Source: Malacoraja senta (taxonomy: Eukaryota). From it: a stretch of 64,000 nucleotides of DNA. Positions 1-13,810 of this stretch are shown in pieces. The stretch lies in contig CM075987.1 in the NCBI GenBank assembly GCA_038087875.1, positions 310,001 to 374,000 on the forward strand, written 5' to 3'. Made by a program: the position numbers and the translations under genes. Under the pieces are notes generated by a model that worked only from the letters and a program-made list of their open reading frames with translations, was not told the DNA's origin and did no database searches. Within the stretch, counting starts at the first letter, position 1. Each line of letters starts with the position of its first letter.

Positions 1-1304
1 GAAAATTTTACCATCCCTTAAATCAACAGACAATGCGTAATATATCCCTCGTGAAATCTCATTAATAAGTAGCATGCTAGGGCCGGTGTACAAGATTTCA
101 TGGACCGCCAAGGGGAAGGAGCTCACAAAGCAACTGAACGGAAACACCTGTGGGTTCCGTGCAGACATGTGCAGATGTTCCATCTCACTGTTCTGGGAGC
201 GAACCCATGACAGTGATTGCATCCCAACAACTCCCAACCCTGCCCAGCAACACATGACTCACCCGGTTCGCGCGATACGTTATTGATGCATCACCCCGGT
301 GAACATTTTCAGGCTGCCGTTTCGACAACATAGTCTCAAGCCGGTGAATACTCAATGAATCGTGAATTGGAATGGAAATTACATCAAATAGCAAAGCATT
401 AAATGCATCCAACACGGGGATAGATATAGCCCCGAGAACGAGTGGGACACAATGATTCTTGGAGGAAACAGGTCAAACAGCCATGATGAGTTGAGCTCAA
501 AGGTTCTGCGGCCAATCCTGCTTCTAAATATACTTTTTTATAGAACGGCTCCTCTCAGTATTATTACATCCATAATACTTGTATTCGTGGATTTGCTGTA
601 AGGAGTGTAATTATAGTACATCCCGTAGAGAGCTATGTGGAAATAAACGAAGAAACAGACGTGAAAAGTAATTTACCGCTGATTAATCTTAAACCCTTTT
701 GATAACACACAGAAGGCAGTGGGAGTTTGACTGGTCTCTCTTTCTCTCTATCAGAGAGTATTCGTCCCGCCTCTCCATCTTCATTGTGTTATCCCTTATT
801 AAGAAATTGTGTTGCCCAGTTCTGTATACCACGTGGAGGACTCCTCATCTCAGCACCTGCCCATTCAATCCCCAATCAGCTGTCGACTTTTATAAACTCC
901 AGTGAGTTTTGTCCCAGTCTATTTAACGTGTATTTGTATGTCATCTCTTTTCCCCAAGGGTTATCTAAGTCAACATTTGTAATACCTCCAATAGAATAAT
1001 CCAATAACTTTCATATGGGATTCACAACTGTATTCAGATGCGGTCTGATCTGGACACTGCAAACTTCCGAAGAAGGATCTAAGCCCTAAACGTCACCCGT
1101 TCCTTCTCTCCAGAAATGCTGCCCGTCCCGCTGAGTTGCTCCAGCATTTTTGTGTCTACCGCTAACACATTGTCTTCCGTAATCCGCAACACTTATACCG
1201 TTGAAGTGCAACTCTATTTAAACAATATTTCTTTTTTTCTGTTTGCATTTAAAATGTATAATCTCGCAATTTCAATCGTGATATATCATATATCAAGATT
1301 GTTA

Positions 1305-1675
1305 AGGCTTGGAAACACTAGAGGCAGGAAACATGTTCCCGATGTTGGGGGAGTCCAGAACCAGTGGCCAAGTTTAAGAATAAAGAGTAAGCCATTTAGA
1401 ACGGAGAGGAGGAAACATTTTTTCTCACAGAGAGAGGTGAGTCTGTGGAATTCTCTGCCTCATTGGGCGGTAGAGGCATGTTCTCTGGATGCTCTCAAGA
1501 GAGAGCTAGATCGGGCTCTTCAAAATAGCGGAGTCAGGGATATGGGGAGAAGGCAGGAACGGGGTACTGATTGTGGATGATCAGCCATGATCAAATTGAA
1601 TGGCGGTGCTGACTCGAAGGGCCAAATGGCCTACTCCTGCACCCATTGTCTATTGTCTATTGTCTATTGTCTATA
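1305..1675 (+). mobile_element. CR1 LINE 3' end fragment with (TATTGTC)n tail
   Basis: RT C-terminal remnant (KPFRTERRKHFFSQREVSLWNSLP) and the CR1 3' UTR ending in a tandem tail. Confidence 0.85.
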
Positions 1676-3004
1676 CCTGTTAATTTCGTTCCCACTGTTC
1701 AGAATCCAGTACAGCCATTGCGTTTTCTCACAATTTCATACCGCACTATTTTTTTATGATAAAGCAACGACACTCCAGTGCGTACGGTACATTCATACAG
1801 ATTGCGTTTAGTTGAGAAATTAGCGCTGATCTTAATGGTATCCCACAAGATATTGATCGGTAATCCGAAAAAGATCCGTCATTGACACAGTCACACATCG
1901 TAGAAACAGGCCCTTCCGACCAACAAATCCATGCCGCCCACCAACCACCGATTTAAGAGATGTGACAGTAATTCCATTTTACATTCACTGGATTCACATC
2001 CACTCTCCCCAAATCCACTCAGACTGGCATCAGGAGCAATTAACATGCCAACTCATATATCTTTCGTTTGACGGTGGAAAACTGATTACCGAGGAGTATA
2101 CCATGACCTGGAGAACGTGCAAACTTTACACAGATTTCAGTGAAAAATCAAACCTATGACATGAGATAACAATTCCATTATCTGCAGCCGAGTTTCCCCG
2201 CCCAAAGATTGGAGAATGGATAATTCACAGACGCGGTTGGTACTGTTATAGATAAAAAGACTGCGGAGTGACCAAGGATAGGAACTGGAGGGTGGGAAAA
2301 ACCAGTGAGGTAGGGATATTACTAAAGGAGGAATTTAATGCCACGGTGAGAAAGACATGCATTTGGAAAAGGGTGGTTGGTCTCTACATGGGTGGATCTA
2401 AGAAAGGCCAAAGAAGTAGCCCTCGGGTGATTGTGGTCGGTCGAATCAAACAGACAATTTGAGGCACGTTCATGAACAGGTCACTGGTCTTCACGTGCAT
2501 GTTATACAAAACAATAACATTGTGGAGATTGAAACCTCGATACGTTAGTAGACATTTGCGTTGGTAAACTGACCAAAGAAAATGCTATCCCAGATTGGGT
2601 ATTGTGCAGAGGAAAATGAATATTTATCAGTTGATAAAGTAATAGTAGAACATAAAAAAGTGCAACACCGGCCGTACGTCATATATTGTATTCGCAGAAC
2701 ATGCTGCCAAGTAAAACTAATCTCGCCTGCTTGCACATAGACAATATAGAACAGTATAGCACAGAAAGAGGCACTCTACCCCAAAATGCGCCAAACAGGA
2801 TTCCCAACCAAATCCTTACCTACATGCACATAATCCATATCCCCTATAACTTGTATATGCATGGGCCTATCCAAAGGCCATTATCAAATCATCTTATACC
2901 ACAACCCGTGGCAGCGCGTTCCACGCACCCATCACTCTCTGTGTAAAAAGCATTTATCCTCTAAATTTTGCCCATCTTACCTTAAATCTATACCCTCTGG
3001 TATT

Positions 3005-3610
3005 TCATTTCAGTTGAGTTCAGTTTCAGTTAAGTTTCGTTTATTGTAACGTGGACCGAGGTACAGTGACAAGCTTGGGTTGTGTGCTAACTAGCCAGCG
3101 GAAGGACAATACATGATTACAATCGAGTGTACATGACCAATGGAATGACTTTTACTGCAAGGTAAAAGCACTAAAGTCCTATCAACGATAGTCCGAGGGC
3201 CTCGATAAAGCCCTCGGACAGTAGTTCAGGACTGCTCTCTGGTTGCGGTAGGATGCTTCAGTTAGCTGACAACAGCTGTGACGAAATTGTCCCTGAGATT
3301 AGCGGTGTGCTTTTTCACACTTGCATAATTTTATCCGATGAGAGAGGGGAGAAGAGGGAGTGGTTGGGCTGCGAATCGTCCTTCATAATGCTGCCTGTTT
3401 TGGAGAGGCAGCGTGGCCACAAATGAAGTCCACAATTTGCTGTAATTTCTTGCGGTCTTGGATGGAGCTGTCCCCAAACTAAGCAGTGACACATGCCAAT
3501 GAAATGCTTTCTGCGTACATCTGTAGAAGTTGGCGAGGGATGGTGGGGACATGCCGAACTTCCTAAGTCTTCTTAGGGAGTAGAGGTGTTGGCATGCCTG
3601 CCAGTGAAAG
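3005..3610 (-). mobile_element. Rex1/Babar-like LINE 3' fragment
   Basis: Minus-strand LYSLRRLRKFGMSPPSLANFYRC motif. 3' end has AATAAA and an (AACTG)n-like tail at 3005-3045. Confidence 0.7.
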
Positions 3611-3689
3611 GGGGTATACGTAAGGGAACCTGGTTGACCAAGGAGTTTATAGTTTGTATCAAAGGAAAAATGAAGAGCATGCAGGTTTG

Positions 3690-4760
3690 AAGAATGTGAC
3701 ATCAGAGAAGCGTTTTTGAAGAATATAAAGCAAGGAGGAAAGAGCTTAATCGGGCCAAAAGAAAGGCCAAATGAGGGCGCGAAAAGGTTTTGGCGAATCG
3801 GGTTCAAGAAAATCACAAGGCGTTTCATCTCTCCATTAGAAGCAAGACAGTAAACATACTGAATGTGCTCCGGTACAAACAAGAACGATTTGTTGTGGCT
3901 GTTGAGTGGCTTTAAATTGGTTAATCCCAGGGGTCTGAAGGAATCTATACCAGATTATTGTGAGAGGTAAGAGCGGAGATTGCAAGACCTTTGATGATGA
4001 TGTTTGATATTCTCTGCCAACAGGCACTATCCTGCAGTACTGGAGAGTACCTAACATTGCCCCTTTCTGGACGAACGGAAGTACACAGAACCCAGGGAAT
4101 TTTAGGCTGTTGGATTCTAGTGGATGGTAGAGAAGCTGGAAGAGTGGCTTCATAATATGACTGACACCCATCTAGATGAGAAATGGGATAATTGCGGACA
4201 GTCAGCATGAATCTGTACGCGGCACGTCGTATCCCGTTAACCTGTTTGAGTTTTTGTGGAGATGACGATGGTAATAGTTGAGGGACGTTGTGAACACACA
4301 TATTAATAAGGCATTTGATAAAGTCCATCATGGAAGGCTGATCCAGAGGAATGTGCAAGGAATTAACAACCAGTACCTTGATCTCATGGACGCATAACTG
4401 ACTTGCCGATGGAGTACAGAGTAAGATGTTTTTCACGCTGGAGGACCGTGACTAGTGGGATTCTGGAGGGATCTGTGTAGTGACCTATGTTGTTTTTGAT
4501 ATGCATAAATAACGGGACGTCAATGTAGATGCTGTGGTTAGTACATTTACAGATGACGCCAATACTACTGAAATTCCGGGCTGTGATAAAGTATACAATG
4601 GGATATACATCAGCCAGAAAATGCACAGAGAAATGGCAGACGGCATTAATTTGAGCATTTGGGGGATTGCACTTTGGGAGGCCGAATGCCTGAAGAAAAT
4701 ATGCGATTAAAGGCAAGACCCCTAACAGCAATGACATGCTGTGTTTTACCACTATTGCAC
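3690..4760 (+). mobile_element. Degraded CR1 RT fragment
   Basis: Frameshifted remnants of the PEDWR/NYRPVSL, KAFDKV and FADD regions. Confidence 0.65.
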
Positions 4761-4834
4761 GGCAATGACCTGGCAACAAGGACAAAATGTTACTTCATGT
4801 AGTTATCCATTAAGTGCTATATTATGGAATTGTA

Positions 4835-7515
4835 AAAACCATATAACCATATAACCAAATAATAACTACAGCACGGAAACAGGCCATCTCTGGCCCTTCT
4901 AGTCCGTGCCGAACACTTACTCGCACCTACTCCCATCTACCTGCACTCAGACCATAACCCTCCATTCCATTCCCGTCCATATACCTATCGAATTTATTTT
5001 TAAATGATAAAATCGAACCTGCCTCCACCACTTCCACTGGAAGCTCATTCCACACAGCTACCACTCTCTGAGTAAAGAAGTTCCCCCTCATGTTACCCCT
5101 AAACTTTTGTCCCTTAATTCTCAAATCCTGTCCACATGTTTGAATCTTCCCTACTCTCAATGGAAAAAGCTTATCCACGTCAACTCTGTCTATCCTCTCA
5201 TAATTTTAAAGACCTCTATCATGTCCCCCCTTAACCTTCTGCGCTTCAAAGAATAAAGACATAACTTGTTCAACCTCTCTCTGTAACTTAGGTGCTGAAA
5301 CCCAGGCAACATTCTCGTAAATCTCCTCTGTACTCTCTCTATTTTGTTAACATCCTTCCTATAATTAGGCGACCAAAATTGTACTCCATACTCCAGAATA
5401 GGCCTCACCAATGCCTTGTACAATTTTAAACATTACATCCCAACTTCTATACTCAATGCTCTGATTTATGAAGGCCAGCACACCAAAAGCTTTCATTACC
5501 ACCCTATCTACACGAGATTCCACCTTCAGGGAACTATGCACAGTTATTCCTAGTTACCTCTGTTCAACTGCATTCCTCAAATCGCTACCATTTACCATGT
5601 ACGTCCTATATTGATTTGCCCTGCCAAGATGTAGCACCTCACACTTATCAGCATTAAACTCCATCTGCCATCTTTCAGCCCACTCTTCCAAATGGCCTAA
5701 ATCTCTCTGTAGACTTTGAAAATCGACTTCATTATCCACAACTTAGTATCATCTGCATTCTTACTAATCCAATTTACCACGCCATCATCCAGACCATTGA
5801 TGTATATGACAAACAACAGTGGACCGAACACAGATCCCTGAGGCACCCCACTATTCACGGCCTCCAACCTGACAAAGAGTTATCCACCATTACTCCCTGG
5901 TATCTCCCATTCAGCCACTGGTTGAATCATCTTGCTACTCCACTATTAATACCCAACAATTGAACCTTCTTAACCAACCTTCCATGTGGAACCTTGTCAA
6001 AGGCCTTACTGAAGTCCATATAGACAACATCCACCGCTTTACCCTCGTCAATTTCCCTAGTAACCTCTTCAAAAAAATTCAAGAAGATTAGTCAAACAAG
6101 ACCTTGCAGACACAACTCCATGTTGACTGTTGCTAATCAGACCTTGTTTATCCAGATGATTATATATATTATCTCTAAGTATCCTTTCCATTAATTTGCC
6201 CACCACTGACGTCAAACTAATAGGTCTATAATTGCTAGGTTTACTCTTAGAACCCTTTTAAAACAATAGAACAACATGCGCAGTACGCCAATCCTCCGGC
6301 ACCATTCCCGTTTCTAATGACATTTGAAATATTTCTGTCATAGCCCCTGCTATTTCTACACTAACTTCCCGCAATGTCCTGGGGAATATCCTGTCAGGAC
6401 CTAGAAACTTATCCACTTTTATATTTTTCTAAAGTGTCAGTACTTCCTCTTCTTTGATCCTCATAGTTTCCATAGCTGCTCTACTTGTTTCCCTTCCCTC
6501 ACATAATTCAATATCCTTCTCCTTGGTGAATACCGAAGAAAATAAATTGTTCAATATCTCCCCCATCTCTTTTGGCTCTGCAGATAACTGTCCACTCTGA
6601 CTCTCTAATGGACCAATTTTATCCCTCGTTATCCTTTTGCTATTAATGTAGCTGTTGAAACCCTTTCGATTTACTTTCACCTTACTTGCCAAAGCAACCT
6701 CATAACTTCTTTTAGCTTTTCTAATTTCTTTCTTAAGATTCTTTTTACATTCTTTTTACTCCTCAAGCACCTCATTTACTCCATGCTGCCAATAAATACT
6801 GTAGATCTCTCTCTTTTTCCGAACCAAGTGTCCTATTTCCCCTCGAAAAACATGGCTTCTTTCAATTATTACCCTTTCCGTTCAACCGAACAGGGACATA
6901 AAGATTCTGTAATCTTACAATTTCACCTTTAAATGTCCTCCATTTCTCTTCTACATCCTTCCCATAAAACAAAATGTCCCAATTCACTCCTTTTAAATCC
7001 TTTCCCATCTCCTCAAAAGTTAGCATTTCTCCAATCAAAAATCTCAACCCTTGTCCAGTTCTGACCTTCTCCATAATTATATTGAAACCAATGGTATTGT
7101 GATCACTGGACCCGAAGTGCTCCCCAACACATACCTCCGCCACCTGACCTGTCTCATTTCCTAACAGGAGGTCCAGCACTGCCCCTTCTCCAGTAGGTAC
7201 CTCTATGTATTGCTGCAAAAAACTATCCTGCACGCATTTTACAAACTCCAAACCATCCAGCCCTTTTACAGAATGTGTTTCCCAGTCTATGTGTGGAAAA
7301 TTGAAATCTCTCACAATCACTACCTTGTGCTTACTACTAATATCTGCAATCTCCTTACATATTTTCTCTTCCAATTCTCGCTCCCCATTAGGCGGTCTAA
7401 TGTTCTCCCCTATAAGTGTTACTACACCTTTCCTATTATTCAGTTCCACCCAATAGCCTCCCTAGACGAGTCCTCTAATCTATCCTGCCAAAGCACTGCT
7501 GTAATATCTTCCTGA
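4835..7515 (-). mobile_element. 5'-truncated CR1 LINE (APE + RT, disrupted), same family as 39813-44289
   Basis: ORF fragments with endonuclease (DFNFPHIDW, SSDHNTI) and RT motifs. (AACCATAT)n tail at about 4837-4856. Sequence runs parallel to 39813-42490. Confidence 0.92.
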
Positions 7516-7849
7516 CAAGCAATACTAATTAATTTAAAGATCAGAACAAAATAACCCTGTTGGGGGAATTCTGTGCTGGATATGGACCTTTACTTTAGTT
7601 TTCATGTGGTGTTCAGTTGCTTTCTCAATTGCAGCTCACAATGTGGAAAAAGAGAAAGACAATCTGGCAGAACAGTATTGAGTTTCCCAATCAAGTCGGT
7701 TCAATCAATACCTCAGCAGTATATACACAATGGTTTACATACAGGCTTCTATGCCCAGTTGATATTGCATTATTGAAATAACGCATCAGTGATCTTCTTG
7801 CAACCTTCGCTTCGCTCATATAAGAAAGCCATTCGTCCATTTATTTAGT

Positions 7850-8010
7850 TTAGTTTGGTTTAGAAATACCACGTGTAAACAGGCCCTTCGGCTCACCGAG
7901 TCCACGCCGGCCATTGATTACCCGTATTATCCATGTTAGCCCACTTGCTCATTCTGCACGCTAGGTGCAATACACAAGCAATTCACGTACAAACCCGCAC
8001 GTCATATGAT
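7850..8010 (-). mobile_element. HE1-like SINE 3' remnant
   Basis: (TTTAG)n tail and the CR1-type end aaacaggcccttcggc, followed by SINE body sequence. Confidence 0.55.
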
Positions 8011-8029
8011 CATGAGGTCGTAAGTGATA

Positions 8030-8700
8030 GGGACAAGAATTACGCCATTCGGCCCATCAAGTCTACTTTACCATTCAATCATGGCTGATCTACACGTATC
8101 TCTCCCTCCTAACCCCATTCCCCTGCCTTCACCCCATAACCCGTACCAATCAAGAATCTGACTCTCTCTTCTTTAAAAATATCAACTGACTTGGCCCACA
8201 CGGCTTTATGTGGCACATAATTCTACAGATTCACCACCCATTACTAAAGAAATTCCTCCTCAACTCCATCCTAGAAGAACGTCCTTTAATTCTGACGCTA
8301 TGACTTCTAGTCCAACACTATCCCACTAGTGGAAACATCCTCGGCACATCCACTCTATCCGAGCTTATCACTATTCTGTACGTTTCAATGAGGTCACCTC
8401 TCATTCTTCTAAACTCCAGCGAGTACAGGCCCAGTGTCGTCAAACGCTCATCATACGTTAACCTACTAATTCCTGGGATCATTCCTGTAAACCTCCTCTG
8501 GACCCTCACTAGAGGCATCACATCGTTCCTCAGATATGGTGCGCAAAAATCCTCACAATATTCCAAATTCGGCCGGACCAGCGCATTATAGAGATTCAGC
8601 ATTACATCTCAGTTTTTGTTTACAAGCCCTCTCGAAATAAATGCTAGCATCGCGTTTGCTGTCTTTGCTACCGATTCGACTTGCAGATTGTCGTTTTGGG
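8030..8700 (-). mobile_element. CR1 3' fragment
   Basis: ORF 8318-8602 LYNALVRPNLEYC..LYSLEFRRMRGDLIETY. Confidence 0.85.
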
Positions 8701-9049
8701 AATTGTGCTGTGATCAATTGGGATGACCATGCTGTAGGAAAGATATGATTTCGTTGGAAAGATTGCAGGTACATTTTTCGTGGATTGTGCCATGACCCGA
8801 GCACCCGGGCTGTGGGGAGAGTTTGGTGAGGCTACAACTTTATTCCTTGGAGTGCAATAGGTTTTGGGAAGGTTTGACAGAGGAGCATACAATCACGAGG
8901 AGAATATATACGGCGAGTGTACAGTGTATTTTCGCACGATAGAACTTGAAAATGTCGGCGGAATGTGAACGAGTAAATGTTCAATAAATTTGGTGCATCT
9001 CTCTCTCTCTCTCAACCTCCCCATCCCAAGCCCCTTTGACCCTCCAATT

Positions 9050-9500
9050 CCTGGAATCTCTCCCCATTTAGAAAATAGTCTACGCCCTTATTACTAAAAT
9101 GCATCTCCACACTTTGCCACACTATATTCTATCTGTCACTTCTCTGCCCACACGCCCAACGTGTCCAACTCCTTCTGCAGAGTCCCTGTTTTCTCTAAAC
9201 TACCTGCCCCTCTACCTACAATCGTATCATCCGCTAACTTGGCCACAAAACCTTCAATCCCATCATCCAAATCATTAATATACAACGTGAAGAGTAGCGG
9301 CTCCAGCACCGACCCGTGCGGAACTCTGCTAGTCACTGTCAGGTAACCAGAAAAAACAACCTTAATTGCCATTCTTTGCCTTCTTCCATCCAGCCAACCT
9401 GCTTTCCATGCTAGTATCTGCCATTTGATACCATGGGCTTTCATCTTCCTCAGCAGCTTTACGCGTGGCCCCTTATCCAAGGCTTTCTGAACGTCTTTGG
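9050..9500 (-). mobile_element. CR1 RT fragment
   Basis: [24 protein letters not shown] motifs. Confidence 0.85.
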
Positions 9501-9615
9501 AAAGTGGGGTGAAACCTGGCACCCGTGTGAAACACATGGTGTCACAGGGAGAACGTGCAAACTCCACATAGATAGCGCCCGAAGTCAGGATTAAACTTAT
9601 ACAGCTCTACCGTCT
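9500..9615 (-). mobile_element. tRNA-derived (HE1-like) SINE 5' part
   Basis: The minus strand reads ..cctgacttcgggcgctatctatgtggagtttgcacgttctccctgtgac.., typical of shark SINE heads as I recall them. Confidence 0.55.
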
Positions 9616-10559
9616 TCGAAATTAGTGCCAAAAAGTAACTTTCCTTGTCATAGTCTTTTAGTCTGGGACAGGTTTCAATCGCCTAGGGTTGATTCTTGGT
9701 AATTAGTATGGTTATGTGCGTGGAGATCGTCAGATGACTTTAACTGCGTTTTTAGATGTAGACAGAGGTTGGTGTGGACAGGTCGGTACACTTGAACAAG
9801 GCCTTCGGATACTTTTTTCTTGGTAAGCTGCTCTGGCATGTTAGACCGCATGAGCTCCAGAGAGGGCTAGCTGACTGGATACAGATTTGACTTCAAAGTC
9901 GGCGACAGAGGATGATGCTGTCGGGTTTATTTTGGAATTGGAGGCCTGATACTAATGGTGTGCTTCAGGGCTCGGTGTTGAACGGGTGGTCATTTGCTGC
10001 CCCGATCAACGATTTGCATGAGTAATGTTTAGTAAGATTGACATCAAAACTATAATAGCTAGTATCATGACAGTGGAGGTAGTTATTCAGAATTACAGCG
10101 AGATTTTGACCAGATGGAAAGTTCTGCCGAGGAATTGGTTTACTTCACAGAAGCGTGAGGTGTTGAATTTCGGGTTCAACCAGGGTAGGCCCTTGATAGT
10201 GAAAGCTGGGGAACTGGGGAGTGTTGTGGAGAAGCGTGATATGTGAGTAAAAGCAAACGTTTATTTTAAAGTCGTGTCTTCGACAGTGGTGGTGGTGGTG
10301 TAGGTGGTAAATGCGGTATCTACGTTTACGGTGGGTAAGAAGTATATTGCCACTCTGAAGTTAATCAGTGAGGAATACGCAGAAAATAGGTGCAGGAGTA
10401 GGCCATTCGTCCCCTCGAGCCAGCACCACCATTCAATGTGATCATGGCTGATCATCCACAATCAGTACCCCGTTCCTGCCTTCTCCCCATATCCCTTGAT
10501 TCCGCTAACCCTAAGAACTCTATGTAACTCTCTTTTCAATGCATCTAGTCAATCGGCCT

Positions 10560-11200
10560 CTAAGGTTTACAAGATTAATTCCTGCAATGAGGGGATTGAC
10601 ATATGAGGAAAGGTTAAGTAGGCTGGAACTCTACTCTTTGGAGTTTAGAAGAATGAGAGGCGATCTCATTGAAACATATAAGATCGTGAGGGGCCTTGAT
10701 CGGGTGGATGCACCGAGGATGTTCCCAATGATCGGGGAAACTAGAACTAGGGGACATAGTTGTAGAATAAGAGGGGGCTCTTTTAAAACTGAGATGAGGA
10801 AGAACTTCTTCACCCAGAGGGTGGTTAATTTATGGAATTCACTGCCCCAGGGAGCAGTGGAAGCAGAAACATTAAATATATTTAAGTCTAAAATAGATGG
10901 TTTTTTAGCTGCCAAGGGGATAAGGGGCTACGGGGAGAGGGCAGGGATATGGACCTAGGTATGGTTAGTATAGTAAGACCTGAGTGATCTCCTGGACAAG
11001 TGTCGATCGCCTGGATTGGGGTCGGAGAGGAAATTCCCGGATTTTTTTCCCGAATTGGACCTGGGTTTTTATCCGGTTTTTTGCCTCCCCCAGGAGATCA
11101 CGCGGTTCTTGGGGTGGAGAGGGGTGATAGCGTTATAAAGGGGAGGGTAGTGTCTTGTGTTCTGTGTCTTGTGTCTACTGTTTGTGGGTAAGGGTGTCTG
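10560..11200 (+). mobile_element. CR1 3' fragment with long 3' UTR, abutting an opposite-strand CR1 end at 10375-10560
   Basis: ORF 10539-10958 RFTRLIP..FKTEMRKNFFTQRVVNLWNSLP. Confidence 0.8.
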
Positions 11201-11259
11201 TTTAGTGTTCAGCCATGAGCGAATGGCGGTGGCGGTGGTCTACTCTCGCACCTACTTTC

Positions 11260-13500
11260 TATGTTTCTATGTTACTGCCTTCTGAGGCAGAAATTTCCAC
11301 AGATTCACAACTCTCTGGGTGAAAAGGGTTTTTCCTCATTTCAGTTCTAAATGGCCTGCCCCTTATTCTTAAACTGTGATCCCTGGTTCTGGACACCCCC
11401 AACATCGGGGACATATTTCCTGCACCAATCCCATAATAATTTTACATGTTTCTATAAGATTCCCTTTCGTCCTGCTAAATTCTAGTGAATACAAGCCCAG
11501 TCGCTCCATTCTTCCACCATATGACAGTCCCGCCATCCCGGGAATTAAGCTCGTGAACTTACGCTGCACTCCCTCAATAGCAAGAACACCCTTCCTCAAA
11601 TTAGGAGACCAAAGATGCACACATTACTCCAGGTGTGGTCACACCAGGGCCCTGTACAACTGCAGAACGACCTATTTGCTCTTATACTCGAATCCTCCCG
11701 TTATGAAGGCCTCCATGCCATCTGCTGTACCTGCGCGTTTACTTTCAGTGACTGATGAACAAGGACATGAGGCAGAAAATTCCACAGACTCACCGATCTC
11801 TGTGAGAAAAAATGTTTCCTCGTCTCCGTTCCAAATGGCTTACGCCTTATTCTTAAACTGTGGCCCCTGGTTCTGGACTTCCCCCAACATCGGGAACATG
11901 TTTCCTGCCTCTAGCGTGTCCAAGCCCTTAACAATCTTATATGTTTCAATGAGATCGCCTCTCATCCTTCTAACCTCCAGAGTGTACAAGCCCAGCTGCT
12001 CCATTCTCTCGGCATATGACAGTCCCGCCATCTCGGGAATTAACATTGTAAACCTACGCTGCACTCCCTCAATAGCAAGAATGTCCTTCCTCAAATTAGG
12101 TTACCAAAACTGCACACAATACTCCAGGTGTGGTCACACTAGGGCTCTGTACAACTGCAGAAGGACCTCTTTGCTCCTATATCCGATTCCTCTTGTTATA
12201 AAGGCCATCATGCTATTCGCTATCTTCACTGCCTGCTGTACCTGCATGCTTACTTTCATTGACTGATGTATAACGACCCCCCAGATCCAGTTGTACTTCC
12301 CCTTTTCCCAACTTGACGCCATTTAGATAGTAATCTGCCTTCCTGTTTTTGCTACCAAAGTGGATAACCTCGCATTTATCCACATTAAACTGCATCTGCC
12401 ATGCATCTGCCCACTCCCCCACCCTGTCCAAGTCACCCTGCATTCTCATAGTATCCTCCTCACAGTTCACACTGCCACCCAGTTTTATGTCATCTGCAAA
12501 ATTGCTAATATTACTTTGAACCCCTTCATCCAAATCATTGATTTATATTGTAAATAGCTGCGGTCCCAGCACCGAGCCTTGCGGTACCCCACTAGTCACT
12601 GCCTGCCATTCTGAAAGGGACCGTTTAATCCCCACTCTTTGTTTCCTGTCTGCCAATCACTTCTCTAACCATGTCAGCACTCTACCCCCAATAACATGCG
12701 CCCTAATTTTGCCCACTAATCTCCTATGTGGGACCTTTTCAAATGCTTTCTGAAAGTCCAGGTACACTACATTCACTGGCTCTCCCTTGTCCATTTTCCT
12801 TGTTACATCTTCAAAAAAGTCCAGAAGATTAGTCAAGATAGTATATCAGGGAGATTGTTTTTTTATCCTCCTTAGTGAAGACGGATCCAAAGTTCAACTC
12901 ATCCACTTCGTTTCCTATACTTCGCACATTCATATATACCTCTTTTAATTAAGTATTCACCTCTCCTCTCACACCGGTTCCTATTTCACCTGACCTTACT
13001 CTCTTATCCCTTCTTGAACTTCCCGCCCCCCCCCCAACCCCCACCCGCTATTTTGTTTAAACTCACACGTGTAGTAAGAGCAAACCTGACAGAATGTAGG
13101 TCCCCCTCCAGTTAAGGTGCACTCCGTTCCTTTTGTACAGGTCACGCCTACCCTAGAAGAGATCCCAGTGGTCTATAAATCTAAATCCTTGCCCCCTGCA
13201 CAAGTTCCTCAGACACACATTCAGATCTCCTATCTCCCTGTTCCTGCCCTCACTAGCACGAGGTACTAGAAGCAAACCAGATATAACCAACCTAGAGAGC
13301 ATTTTCAGCCTTCTTCCTAAATCTCTAAAAGCGCGTTACAGAACCTCCTTCCTCTTCTTCCCGATGTCGTTTGTGCCGACATGCACAACCACTTCCGTTC
13401 CCCTTGCCCCTTGAGGATGCCCAGCAATCGGTCCGTGGCGTCTTGGACCCTGGCACCAGGGAGGTAACACGTCATCCTCGAGTCTTGCCCCGAGTCAGGG
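11260..13500 (-). mobile_element. Stacked CR1 fragments (RT 3' ends; ORF1/esterase remnant at 13000-13500)
   Basis: Repeated LYSLEF/RRMRGDLIETY motifs and FADD. Remnant of the DGLHLN/VHVGTND region near 13100-13400. Confidence 0.8.
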
Positions 13501-13810
13501 AATTGGACAGGGACGGTATATCACACTTATACAAGACGTAGTCCATGCCACATTTGGAGTATTGTGATCAATTGGGGTGACGATGTGGAAAGGTGTGATT
13601 TTGTTGGAAAGATTGCAGATACATTTTTCGTGGATTGTGCCATGACCCGAGAGCTCGGGCTGTGGGGCGTGTTTGGTGAGGCTACAACTTTACTCCTTGG
13701 AGCGCACGAGGTTTTGGGAACGTTTTACACAGTGTATGTTCCTACGATAGAACTTGAAAGCGTCGGCGGAAGGTGAACAGGTACATGTTCAATAAAATTG
13801 GTGCATCTGT

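Noticed and set aside
185-415. Minus-strand ORF with a GTGAGT donor-like site near 260
   Set aside because: No recognisable protein motif or partner exon, so it cannot be supported.
1962-2159. ORF containing LTC..W, superficially Ig-like
   Set aside because: The sequence matches a decayed SINE (ggagaacgtgcaaac) and has no splice context.
7635-7681. Short acceptor-plus-stop segment (AHNVEKEKDNLAEQY*) as a terminal exon
   Set aside because: No upstream exons or homology evidence, and such short matches arise by chance.
11376-12266. 296-aa plus-strand ORF and the many similar 60-190-aa ORFs across the window
   Set aside because: They are antisense or off-frame readings of CR1/Tx1/Rex fragments, not host genes.
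13728-13766. CACAGTG heptamer upstream of the V gene as a possible RSS
   Set aside because: No ACAAAAACC-like nonamer at 12 or 22/23 bp, no coding segment beside it, and it lies within decayed CR1 sequence.
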